DNA of 64,000 bases. Source: Endomicrobiales bacterium (lineage in GTDB: Bacteria; Elusimicrobiota; Endomicrobiia; Endomicrobiales; JALOBY01). The position numbers were made by a program, and so were the translations under genes. The notes under the pieces are model-generated. The model made no database searches. It saw nothing but the letters and a program-made list of their open reading frames with translations, and had not been told where the DNA came from. Shown in pieces: positions 1-8,779 of the stretch (position 1 is the first letter of the stretch; the number at the start of each line of letters is the position of its first letter). The DNA lies in contig CAWCNJ010000011.1 of NCBI GenBank assembly GCA_963796955.1, positions 32,001 through 96,000 on the forward strand, given 5' to 3'.

Positions 1-347
1 GCGCCTATCTGGCTGAAGGGCGAGCTGGTGCGATATGCGCCAAGGACCAGAAAAACATCCGCAAGGGTAAGTGCGAAGATCACCAGCAGCAGATCTCCGC
101 CGGTAAAGAACAAGCAGCCGGTGAATACTATGAACAACAGGAAGAAGAACACGTAAAAGTTCTGCGAGCGGCGGACCACAATGCTCTCTTTCTCAAAAAG
201 CTTGAACACATCGTAAAAAGGCTGCAGCAGGGGAGGGCCGACGCGCCCCTGCACGCGGGCTGTCAGGATACGGTCCAACCCCGATATGATACCGCCGATA
301 ATAGGAGCAAGCACGATAAAGCCGATAATGCCGAGAAAGGTTTTCAC
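1..347 (-). CDS. echB: Ech hydrogenase membrane subunit B (NuoH-like), runs off the window edge
   Basis: Hand translation from GTG at 347 (AAAGGA RBS upstream): MKTFLGIIGFIVLAPIIGGIISGLDRILTARVQGRVGPPLLQPFYDVFKLFEKE, the NuoH/EchB DR..AR.QGR.GPP..QPF.D..KL signature; directly follows echA. Confidence 0.85.
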   Translation of the reverse strand, partial: MKTFLGIIGFIVLAPIIGGIISGLDRILTARVQGRVGPPLLQPFYDVFKLFEKESIVVRRSQNFYVFFFLLFIVFTGCLFFTGGDLLLVIFALTLADVFLVLGAYRTSSPFSQIG

Positions 348-361
348 GAATTGATCCTTTT

Positions 362-2245
362 TTATTTAGTAACTAAGAATAGAGCCAATATAACAAGCGA
401 AACGATAACGGCGCTGACGTTAAACAGCTTGCCTTCGCTGAAAAAGTTTTCCATGTAATAATTTTTCACGTTATAGGCGCGTTTGTTACCGAACGAATCG
501 GTGAAATTATAATTATCGCCCGCGTTGGCTCCGCCCATATAGGCGCCCACCCGTTTTGTATCTTTGTTGTAAAACACAAAGGAGAGCGGGAACAGCATGA
601 CGAGTCCCATCATGCAGGACATTATGACCATGTTGCCGCGGCCGATAGAGGTTACATAGCCGAAGACCTCATCAACATACGGTGTAATGAACGTAGACGA
701 CATAAGCGGGAAGAAGGCGCAGACAAGCACGGTGGCGCTGGCAAGCAAGTACAGCGGGAACCATTCATCGCGGCTCACATTGTTCTCCAGTTTTTCGTCC
801 GAAGGATCGCTCAGCACCGTCAGTATCTTTCCCATCCACTTTACCCAGAAGAACAGGGTTGCGGCGCTGCCGAAGGCTATCAAAACGCTGAGCAGCGGAT
901 TGGTATCAACCAGGGCGCGCAAGACAGCGTATTTGGATATCAGCATACCGAACGGCGCTAGGAACATACCGGCCATACCTATAAGCATTATCACGCCAAG
1001 GCGTGGCATTCTGGCCGCCAGCGTTCCCATATCCTCTATGTTGCGGCTGCCGATCTTATGTTCGGCAACACCGACGGAAAGGAACAGGAGCCCTTTGGAT
1101 ATAGCGTGAAAAACGATAAGCATGATAGCCGCCCAGACCGCCTCGCCGGTACCGATGCCGCCGCACATAACTATCAAGCCGAGGTTGGCGATAGTTGAGT
1201 AGGCAAGAACTTTTTTAGCGTCGGACTGCGAAACCGCGATCAGAGAAGTGCTTAAGAAAGTGAGGCCGCCAACTAAAGCAATTATCAGGCCGGCAGTGGT
1301 TCCCTGCAGGACCGGGGCGAGTTTTATGATTATGAAGACACCGGCTTTGACCATCGTAGAAGAATGCAGCAACGCCGAAACGGGTGTCGGCGCTACCATG
1401 GCGCCCAGCAGCCATTTTGAGAACGGCATCTGCGCGGCCTTGGTAAGACCCGCGAAAGCTATCAACACCGCGGGCACCAGCATGCCGGCCTTACCGGCGA
1501 TTATCAGCTTATCCAGCTCAATAATGCCCAGGTGATTACGGGAATAAATAATGGCAAGGGTAAAAGCGATACCGCCCAGCAGGTTGAACGTCAGGGCGAG
1601 GAATGAATTGTTTATAGATTCGTTATTTTCTTTGTAGCCGATAAGCAGGAAGGAGGCGACCGTCGTAATTTCCCAGAAGAACAGCAGCCAGCCAAGGTGG
1701 TTGGCAAAGACAATGCCGAACATGGCCGAAAGGAAGGCGAAGAACACGAAGAAGAAAAAGTTACGTTTATCCTTCAGTTCCTCGTGGTAGTGATGATGGA
1801 ATTCCTTCATGTAGCCGACGCCGAATACGCAGATCAGTGTGCCGATAATGCCTATGATAAGCGCCATGATTATGCTGAATTTATCTACGTAGAGATTAAA
1901 ATCGGTTAAGAGATGTCCGCCGGAGAATTCCAGATAGACAACCAGGGCGGTTTGTACCGCAACAAGAGCTGTTACCAGGCTTTTCTTATGTTTTATGCTC
2001 AGCCACAGAAGGTACACGCTCAGCAGCATCTCAAGCGCGAACATAACCGTTGCCACCCATTCGAACTGCGCCGGAAAAAAGACCGCGTTATGGTTGAAGT
2101 ATTGGAAAGCCAGAATTACCGAGACGAGCGCGATAACCGCGGAAGAACCCTTAACTATCACGCCGCGCAGACCGTCGGAGTTCACGAACAGCAGGATCAC
2201 CGCCACCAGCAATGGGAACAAGATGAGGAACGAAAGTAATTCCAT
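362..2245 (-). CDS. echA: Ech hydrogenase membrane subunit A (NuoL/MrpA-like antiporter subunit)
   Basis: Polytopic 627 aa with FFWE, TKAAQMPFSKWLLGAMVAPTPVSALLHSSTMVKAG and KKVLAYST motifs; upstream of echB-like gene. Confidence 0.85.
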   Translation of the reverse strand: MELLSFLILFPLLVAVILLFVNSDGLRGVIVKGSSAVIALVSVILAFQYFNHNAVFFPAQFEWVATVMFALEMLLSVYLLWLSIKHKKSLVTALVAVQTALVVYLEFSGGHLLTDFNLYVDKFSIIMALIIGIIGTLICVFGVGYMKEFHHHYHEELKDKRNFFFFVFFAFLSAMFGIVFANHLGWLLFFWEITTVASFLLIGYKENNESINNSFLALTFNLLGGIAFTLAIIYSRNHLGIIELDKLIIAGKAGMLVPAVLIAFAGLTKAAQMPFSKWLLGAMVAPTPVSALLHSSTMVKAGVFIIIKLAPVLQGTTAGLIIALVGGLTFLSTSLIAVSQSDAKKVLAYSTIANLGLIVMCGGIGTGEAVWAAIMLIVFHAISKGLLFLSVGVAEHKIGSRNIEDMGTLAARMPRLGVIMLIGMAGMFLAPFGMLISKYAVLRALVDTNPLLSVLIAFGSAATLFFWVKWMGKILTVLSDPSDEKLENNVSRDEWFPLYLLASATVLVCAFFPLMSSTFITPYVDEVFGYVTSIGRGNMVIMSCMMGLVMLFPLSFVFYNKDTKRVGAYMGGANAGDNYNFTDSFGNKRAYNVKNYYMENFFSEGKLFNVSAVIVSLVILALFLVTK

Positions 2246-2319
2246 GGTTTTTCCTTGTAAGTTATTCTATTTATCTTCAACAAAACGCTCTTCCGTTTGC
2301 CGGTAAGCGTTTAATTGAA

Positions 2320-2351
2320 GAGCCCCCCAGACCGTTCGGCCTGAGGGGCTC
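2320..2351 (-). terminator. Putative intrinsic terminator hairpin after hppA
   Basis: Minus strand GAGCCCCTCAGGCCG-AA-CGGTCTGGGGGGCTC followed by TTCAATT, 7 nt after the hppA stop; U-tract is weak. Confidence 0.6.
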
Positions 2352-2358
2352 AGAGAAT

Positions 2359-4737
2359 CTATTTTACTCTTAACGCCGTAAAGGAACGTATTACATAAAA
2401 TACTGATACCGCGAAGAAAACGACCGACAGCGTTAAGCTTACCTGACGGGTAAGGCCGATGGCCAGTTCCAGCGCCAGAAGGCCGAACAGCGTGGTGAAC
2501 TTAATGATCGGGTTAAGGGCAACAGAAGACGTATCTTTGAAAGGATCGCCAACGGTGTCGCCGACCACGGTCGCTTTGTGCAGTTCGGTGCCTTTTTCTT
2601 TCAGATCAACTTCAACGATCTTCTTGGCATTGTCCCATGCGCCGCCGGCGTTGGCCATGAATATGGCCTGATACAAGCCGAACACCGCGATAGAAACAAG
2701 GTAGCCGATGAAGAAGAAGGATTCAAGGCAGGCGAAAGACAGGGTCGTGAAGAAGATCACCATGAACAGATTGATCATGCCTTTCTGGGCATACACGGTG
2801 CAGATCTCAACGACTTTCTTGCTGTCTTCGGTGCTGGCTTTGTTAGTGCCGTCCAGCTTCATGTTCGCTTTAATGAACTCAACAGCTTTGTAGGCTCCGC
2901 AGGTAACGGCATGCATGGAAGCACCCGTGAACCAGTAAATAATGGAGCCGCCGGCGATAAGGCCCAGCAGGAACGGCGGATGCAGTATAGAGAGCTTATC
3001 GATGTTGACGGTAAGGTTCTGGGTAAGCATCACTATGATCGAGAAGATCATGGTGGTGGCGCCGACTACGGCCGTACCGATAAGAACGGGTTTAGCCGTC
3101 GCTTTAAAGGTGTTGCCGGCTCCGTCGTTAGCTTCCAGGTTATGTTTGCCCATTTCGAAGTTCGGTTCGAAACCGAAATCTTTCTTGATCTCGGCTTTGA
3201 TGTTCGGGAGGGTTTCTATAAGCGAAAGCTCATAAACTGACTGAGCGTTGTCGGTAACGGGGCCATATGAGTCAACTGCGATAGTTACAGGACCCATGCC
3301 GAGGAAGCCGAAGGCCACAAGGCCGAAGGCGAACACAGCAGGCGCGGTCATGATATCACCAAGGCCAAAGCCGCTGACGAAATATGCCATCGCCATAAGG
3401 CCGGTGATCGTAAGGCCCATCCAGTAGGCGCTGTAGTTACCGGCGGTAAGGCCGGCAAGGATGTTCAGGGATGCTCCGCCATTGCGCGAAGAAGAAACAA
3501 CGTTCTTAACAAAAGCGCTTTCAGTAGAGGTGAAGAGTTTGACCAGTTCCGGTATGACCGCGCCGGCAATGGTGCCGCAGGAAATGATGGTAGAAAGCTT
3601 CCACCACAGCGTGCCGTCGCCCAGGCTGCCGATAAGAGCAAAGCTCAAACCGTAGGTCACGGCTATCGAAACAAGGGAGGTTATCCAGACAAGGTTGGTA
3701 AGCGGCTGTTCAAAGTTGAACTTGGCGGCTTTGCCGTACAGAGCCTTTGAGATAACCGAGTTAATGCCGTAAGAAACCGCACTGGCTATAAGCATGGCAA
3801 GGCGCATTACGAATATCCAGACCAGCAGCTGCACCTGAATGACCGGTTCTTTTACCGCAAGGATGATGAAAGAAATAAGGGCAACGCCGGTTACGCCGTA
3901 GGTTTCAAAACCGTCGGCCGTAGGGCCTACCGAGTCGCCGGCATTGTCGCCGGTGCAGTCTGCTATAACGCCGGGGTTGCGGGCGTCGTCTTCTTTAATA
4001 TTGAATACTATCTTCATTAAGTCCGAGCCGATGTCGGCTATCTTGGTAAAAATACCGCCGGCGATACGCAGCACGGAGGCGCCAAGGGATTCGCCGATGG
4101 CAAAGCCGATGAAGCAGGGGCCGGCGTAGCTTGCGTCAACGAACAACAGAATGCAAAGCATGACCAGCAGCTCAACGCTGATAAGCAGCATGCCGATGCT
4201 GATACCGGAACGGCAGGGAATTTCGTAGGTCGGGTAGGGAAGGCCGCCGAGTGAGGCGAAGGCCGAGCGGGAGTTGGCATACGTATTGATGCGCATACCG
4301 AACCAGGCGACCAGGTAGCTGCCGCCTATACCAATTAAAGAACATACCACTATTAAAGCGACCTTAAAGGCTTCGAAGTGGCGAAGGTAGCCGAAATAAA
4401 CCACTATGATAGCGCCAAGCAGAAGTTCCAGCATAAGAATGAACTTGCCCTGGGTTATCAGGTAGGTTTTGCAGGTTTCATAGATGAGCTCTGAAACTTC
4501 TCTCATTGATTTGTGCACGGGAAGGTTCTTGATGCGCAGGAACTGCATAAGGCCGAAGAACAAACCGAATACGCAGATAAGCAATCCCCAGGTCAACAGG
4601 GAACGGCCGCTGATACCGCCAAAGAAAACAGAGCCGAGGTCCGGGAGCACCAGGTCGGATTCGCTGGCGAACGCGGTGGCGGCGCCGGCTAAAAGCATAA
4701 GGCTTGCAACAGAAACTTTCTTCAATAGATTCTTCAT
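2359..4737 (-). CDS. hppA: Membrane-bound cation-translocating pyrophosphatase (divergent, K+-independent type)
   Basis: GGIFTKIADIGSDL, EDDARNPGVIADCTGDNAGD, DSYGPVTDNA, GNTFKA, NAGGAWDNAKK, VVGDTVGDPFKDTS motifs. Confidence 0.95.
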   Translation of the reverse strand: MKNLLKKVSVASLMLLAGAATAFASESDLVLPDLGSVFFGGISGRSLLTWGLLICVFGLFFGLMQFLRIKNLPVHKSMREVSELIYETCKTYLITQGKFILMLELLLGAIIVVYFGYLRHFEAFKVALIVVCSLIGIGGSYLVAWFGMRINTYANSRSAFASLGGLPYPTYEIPCRSGISIGMLLISVELLVMLCILLFVDASYAGPCFIGFAIGESLGASVLRIAGGIFTKIADIGSDLMKIVFNIKEDDARNPGVIADCTGDNAGDSVGPTADGFETYGVTGVALISFIILAVKEPVIQVQLLVWIFVMRLAMLIASAVSYGINSVISKALYGKAAKFNFEQPLTNLVWITSLVSIAVTYGLSFALIGSLGDGTLWWKLSTIISCGTIAGAVIPELVKLFTSTESAFVKNVVSSSRNGGASLNILAGLTAGNYSAYWMGLTITGLMAMAYFVSGFGLGDIMTAPAVFAFGLVAFGFLGMGPVTIAVDSYGPVTDNAQSVYELSLIETLPNIKAEIKKDFGFEPNFEMGKHNLEANDGAGNTFKATAKPVLIGTAVVGATTMIFSIIVMLTQNLTVNIDKLSILHPPFLLGLIAGGSIIYWFTGASMHAVTCGAYKAVEFIKANMKLDGTNKASTEDSKKVVEICTVYAQKGMINLFMVIFFTTLSFACLESFFFIGYLVSIAVFGLYQAIFMANAGGAWDNAKKIVEVDLKEKGTELHKATVVGDTVGDPFKDTSSVALNPIIKFTTLFGLLALELAIGLTRQVSLTLSVVFFAVSVFYVIRSFTALRVK

Positions 4738-4929
4738 GGCTACCTTTACCTTTGATTAATTTGTTGCGGCATTTGTCCGGCACAGACACGACAAGCAAAT
4801 AACAAACCGGGCTAAACACAACTTTGTGTTCAGGATCAGTTACTTCCACTCCGTTTTTTGGGAAAACCGGGGGTTGAAGGCGTGTGGGATGTACCTGAAA
4901 AAGACCTATGCATCGCAACTATTCCGTAG

Positions 4930-4958
4930 ATTATACAAATTTGCCCCGGTTTTGTAAA
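4930..4958 (-). promoter_or_regulatory. sigma70-type promoter for hppA
   Basis: Minus strand TTTACA-17nt-TATAAT (4958-4953; 4935-4930), implying a ~185 nt 5' UTR. Confidence 0.7.
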
Positions 4959-4994
4959 GAGGAGCGGTTGTCAATAGGCTACCTATTACTTTCG

Positions 4995-5023
4995 TTGACA
5001 AAGAGGGGTTCTTCTATTATAAT
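4995..5023 (+). promoter_or_regulatory. Consensus sigma70 promoter for the FecR-domain gene
   Basis: TTGACA (4995-5000)-17nt-TATAAT (5018-5023), 14 nt upstream of ATG 5038. Confidence 0.8.
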
Positions 5024-5037
5024 GAGAGCGGGAATTT

Positions 5038-6639
5038 ATGAGGAAACTACTGCTTGCATTATCCATACTTTCGCTGCTGGGCGGCTATTGCCTTGCAGAG
5101 GTTAAGATCGGCTCAGTTTACGGCCAGGTAATGGTTTTCCACAACTCCCAATGGCTGGCCGCCGCCGCAGAAATGGAGCTGGGCGAGAAAGATATCGTAA
5201 AAACCCTTCCCGACAGCCGGGCCTCCCTGCTGGTCAACAACGCGACCCTGATATGGATCTCCCGCAATTCTCAGGTGGAAGTCTCCTCTCTTGATAATGG
5301 CAGTGTTTTCAGCGTGCTTATGGGCAAGCTGCGCGCGAAGGTGCGCAACCTGCAGGGCAGCAAATTCCAGATAAAAACCCCCATTTCAGTCGCATCGGTG
5401 CGCGGCACGGATTTCGCGGTGGATGCCGCCGGCATATTGAATGTTTTTGAAGGCCATGTTGATTTCAGCGCCCTGGACCTGACCCATATTGTTGAAGTCG
5501 TGGCCGGCCAGATAAATGAAATGAACGCGGGCCAGCCCGGAACCACGCGCGCCATGACGCCGGAAGAGCAGGCGGCTGCCAATGTGGAATGGTCCGGCTT
5601 TAGCGGCGACCCGACAAAGCAGGGCGCGGAGGGCGGCAATAAAAATAACGGTAAAAAAGATGATAAGACGAGTATGGAACGCATGCGGGAAGACCTGCAC
5701 AGCATCGTCAACGGGATCAAAACAGATGTCGTGGTCGCGCGGGAAACAACAAACGAGGTAAAGGACGCCGACCTTGCCTCCGGCCGTACCCTGCGCGATG
5801 TGAACGGCAATGTGGTACGCGTTGAACAACAGCTGCTGCGGCCCGATGCCAGCTCTATTGAACTGATAAATCTTACGAAACGTTCAAATTATACCTATGC
5901 CGACCGTCAGGGCTGGGTGCGCAGCTGGAATGAAACGATACCGAACGCCTCACGCCTGGATGTGGCGACGGTGCAGGTAAGCATGAACATGCCGCTGCCC
6001 TCGCAGTTAACCGATTGGCCCGCGTTCATACAGGCAAAGGGCGACGCCCTGCACCCGCAAACCGTTTCAATGGTCATGACCAATCAATCCGATATTATTC
6101 AAAATACCGGGGTCTGGAAGCTGAAAGGCCAGCCTGATTCAAAAGGTAATCCGCTGCAGGATGACGGGATAGTATTTGACTCTTACATCAACGGCTGGAA
6201 GGTGGACCAGAATTATAACGGCACGGGAGGCGTCGACAGGAACGGCTCGGCCAACAACGAACTCTGGGCCTGGGCGATATCACCGGACGTAAAGGTGGAC
6301 AAGGACGGCCAGACCAAATACCTGCGCCTTTACACTGAAGGCTATGTTATAAACAATAGCGGGAATATTATGAACCTGGCCGACATCACGAATTCTTCGG
6401 AAAACCCGTTCAGCTTCTTTAAAACGCTTGCCGCCGAAGACATTATCTTCGCGCGGGAGATCGCGAACCGGGCTACCGGCAGCACCGTCAGGTTTTTCAC
6501 CGGCAGCAACATAGATCTTGTCATTACCCCGGACATCGTGATATCCGTCGCCGAGAAGCTGGTATCCCAGACCAGCAACCTTCAGACAGACAGCAACAAT
6601 AATAACAACAACTCATCTAACAACACCCACAACCCCTGA
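5038..6639 (+). CDS. Secreted FecR-domain protein with uncharacterised C-terminal region
   Basis: Signal peptide; FecR-type motifs LGEKDIVKTLPDSRASL and FQIKTPISVASVRGTDF; Asn-rich tail. Confidence 0.75.
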   Translation: MRKLLLALSILSLLGGYCLAEVKIGSVYGQVMVFHNSQWLAAAAEMELGEKDIVKTLPDSRASLLVNNATLIWISRNSQVEVSSLDNGSVFSVLMGKLRAKVRNLQGSKFQIKTPISVASVRGTDFAVDAAGILNVFEGHVDFSALDLTHIVEVVAGQINEMNAGQPGTTRAMTPEEQAAANVEWSGFSGDPTKQGAEGGNKNNGKKDDKTSMERMREDLHSIVNGIKTDVVVARETTNEVKDADLASGRTLRDVNGNVVRVEQQLLRPDASSIELINLTKRSNYTYADRQGWVRSWNETIPNASRLDVATVQVSMNMPLPSQLTDWPAFIQAKGDALHPQTVSMVMTNQSDIIQNTGVWKLKGQPDSKGNPLQDDGIVFDSYINGWKVDQNYNGTGGVDRNGSANNELWAWAISPDVKVDKDGQTKYLRLYTEGYVINNSGNIMNLADITNSSENPFSFFKTLAAEDIIFAREIANRATGSTVRFFTGSNIDLVITPDIVISVAEKLVSQTSNLQTDSNNNNNNSSNNTHNP

Positions 6640-6651
6640 ACGCTTCTTTCC

Positions 6652-7482
6652 CTACTTTCTGGCCGTCAACTTTATACTGGCGATAGACTCTGTTATGCTC
6701 TTAAGATCATTCTTACGCAAGCCTATGTTGCCCATTATGGCGTTCGCTGTTGAGTCATACGACATGTGCTCCATCGGAAAAACCGTCTCGCTTACTATTT
6801 TTTCATCTTTAAAACCGGCGCCGCGCACCGCGGCCCGATAATCATTTTTGAGGATAGCTCCGGCCAGGCAGCCCACATAGTGCTGCAGTGATCCCTGAAT
6901 ATCTTCCGGCAGACCGTTGCGCAGCACGATATCGGCGCACACCAGGCGGCCGCCGGGTCTGAGAACGCGAAAGAGCTCCGCGAAGGCGGCCGGTTTATCT
7001 TTTGAAAGATTTATTGCGCAATTAGAGACCACCACATCAAATGAATTTTCTTTAAGCGGCAGGCTTTCTATCACCCCGGCCTTAAATTCCACATTACCGT
7101 GGCCGCCCTTAACGGCGTTCACCCGCGCCTTCTCCAGTAATACCAGATCGCTTTCTATACCGGTAACGCGGCCCGAATTACCAACGGCCATAGCGGCTAA
7201 AAAACAATCGAGACCGTTGCCGGAACCAAGCACCAGCGCCTGTTCACCCGCTTTTAATTCCGCCAGCACTATCGGATTACCCGCCCCGAAACCGACTCCC
7301 GTTCCCTGCGGCGCCTGTTCAAGACCGGTTTTAGTAAAACTCAGCTTTCTGCTGATGTGGTTCTCAATATCGTTGTCAGCGGAGCAAACATCCGGTGAAT
7401 CACATCCTGCGCAGGAGATATCGGTCTTTCCAAGGTCACCGTATCTTTGTGAAGCCATTTCACCGTTCAATTTTTTTTCCAT
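6652..7482 (-). CDS. arsM: ArsM-like SAM-dependent methyltransferase (arsenite methyltransferase family, atypical)
   Basis: G.GNP, LGSG.G.DCFLAA..VG..GRV.G, FDVVVSNCAINL..DK, FRVLRPGGRL, GCLAGA; start moved to ATG 7482 (AGAGGGG RBS). The Cys of the GCGNP motif is replaced by Ala. Confidence 0.8.
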   Translation of the reverse strand: MEKKLNGEMASQRYGDLGKTDISCAGCDSPDVCSADNDIENHISRKLSFTKTGLEQAPQGTGVGFGAGNPIVLAELKAGEQALVLGSGNGLDCFLAAMAVGNSGRVTGIESDLVLLEKARVNAVKGGHGNVEFKAGVIESLPLKENSFDVVVSNCAINLSKDKPAAFAELFRVLRPGGRLVCADIVLRNGLPEDIQGSLQHYVGCLAGAILKNDYRAAVRGAGFKDEKIVSETVFPMEHMSYDSTANAIMGNIGLRKNDLKSITESIASIKLTARK

Positions 7483-7496
7483 AGTTTCCCCTCTCT

Positions 7497-7799
7497 TTAT
7501 CCGCAGCAATTGCCGCCGCCTTTGTCTTCACCGCCGCAACAGGGCGCCTTGCCGGTGCCGAACGAACCAATGATCGCCGCCGCGCAGCCAACGCCTGTGC
7601 GCACACTGATAGCATCATAAGCGCAGTTCTTTTTACAGGCGCCGCATTCCATGCAGGCGTCCTTGTCCGTTATGCGGGCCTTATTATTTTCAATAGCGAA
7701 TACTTCATGCGGACACACCTGTACGCATTGTCCGCAGCCGACACATTTTTCATTGTCCAGCGCCAGCGTCGCGACATTTGAAAAATAGCGTAATTTCAT
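7497..7799 (-). CDS. hgcB: Mercury methylation ferredoxin HgcB
   Basis: Two CxxCxxCxxxC clusters including diagnostic CMECGAC, GVGCAAA, C-terminal CC; ATGA overlap with hgcA. Confidence 0.95.
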   Translation of the reverse strand: MKLRYFSNVATLALDNEKCVGCGQCVQVCPHEVFAIENNKARITDKDACMECGACKKNCAYDAISVRTGVGCAAAIIGSFGTGKAPCCGGEDKGGGNCCG

Positions 7800-8779
7800 A
7801 TGAGCCTCCCCAAAAATGAGATCAATTGCAGCAGCGCAGACAATGCCAGTACCCCTATGATGACCGGCAGAGCGAACTTTATCTCCCGGTTCACTCCCGA
7901 GAGAGATGTATAGGTAGAATTACCGGTATAGTTCAACGCGACATAGGCTGATACAGACGCCGAAAATAGTACAGCCGAAACCAGCACCGCTGTGTGCCAT
8001 ATATGGCCGTTCACCGCCACTATGCAGGCCGCCGTTATCGCCCCGGCGATCGCTCCTTTAATGGAAAAGGCACGCCCCGGCAGCCAGGGCAGCAGCGCCG
8101 CGGTAAACACCGAACCGGCAAGGATGCCGGACCACAAAACCGTAATAAGCATACCGGCGGGCGTAAATCCAAACAAGCCTGCGGCGATAAGAACAGCCGT
8201 TATCAACAGACCAGGTTTCAGAGTATGAACCATCTCCATCCATGACACCTCAAGCCGCTCATACAGATCAAATGTCACCTTTCTCATTTCCGGCGTCGCC
8301 TTCATGCCGGCAGCAAGATACGCCTTTATATCACGCGCCCGCACAGGGCCGAACTTTACATTAAAACCGCTGAAAGCCTTCACCATGTGGCCGGCGACGC
8401 CCGGCGCACCCAGCTGCGGCACTATCAGCGTGCGCGTTTCAATTAATTTTTCCAGTTCAGTAAGGCCAAGCCTTCGTACTATCTCCATCGTGCCGAACGT
8501 ACCCTTACCGGCGGCACACCAGACGTTCACGCCCTTGGTGTCTATCACCAGTATCCACACATTCAGCCCTTCCAGTTCTCTGCGCAATACGTCGAAGGAA
8601 AGTTTGTAGTTCGCCGAAACCAGCACCGGCGATTTAACATCAGGAGAACCGACAGCGTACAGCCCCGGTTCCACTTTATATTTCATGCGCCCTATATCCA
8701 GCCGCATTTTCCAGGCGCCGATATAGTCTGCCGCCTTCCATTTAGTTGAAACAACAGGCACATCCTCTAATTTATTCAC
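7796..8779 (-). CDS. hgcA: Mercury methylation corrinoid protein HgcA
   Basis: Cap-helix motif NVWCAAGK (8504-8527), ANYKLSFD, PQLGAPGV, GPVRARD, C-terminal TM helices and NYTGNSTYTSLSGV; start placed at GTG 8779 after GGAGG, overlapping the arsR end. Confidence 0.97.
   Translation of the reverse strand: MNKLEDVPVVSTKWKAADYIGAWKMRLDIGRMKYKVEPGLYAVGSPDVKSPVLVSANYKLSFDVLRRELEGLNVWILVIDTKGVNVWCAAGKGTFGTMEIVRRLGLTELEKLIETRTLIVPQLGAPGVAGHMVKAFSGFNVKFGPVRARDIKAYLAAGMKATPEMRKVTFDLYERLEVSWMEMVHTLKPGLLITAVLIAAGLFGFTPAGMLITVLWSGILAGSVFTAALLPWLPGRAFSIKGAIAGAITAACIVAVNGHIWHTAVLVSAVLFSASVSAYVALNYTGNSTYTSLSGVNREIKFALPVIIGVLALSALLQLISFLGRLI

Noticed and set aside
4478..4918. 146-aa ORF spanning the hppA leader
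   Set aside because: Overlaps hppA out of frame, has no RBS or recognisable motif; treated as spurious
4738..4925. Assigning the leader to 6S RNA or a named riboswitch (c-di-AMP, Na+, fluoride)
   Set aside because: Pairing is asymmetric and multibranched, and I could not find the conserved sequence of any of these by eye; left as an unnamed candidate
6590..6636. AAC/AAT microsatellite at the end of the FecR gene
   Set aside because: Mixed codons encoding a poly-Asn tail; trinucleotide and terminal, so not a phase-variation tract
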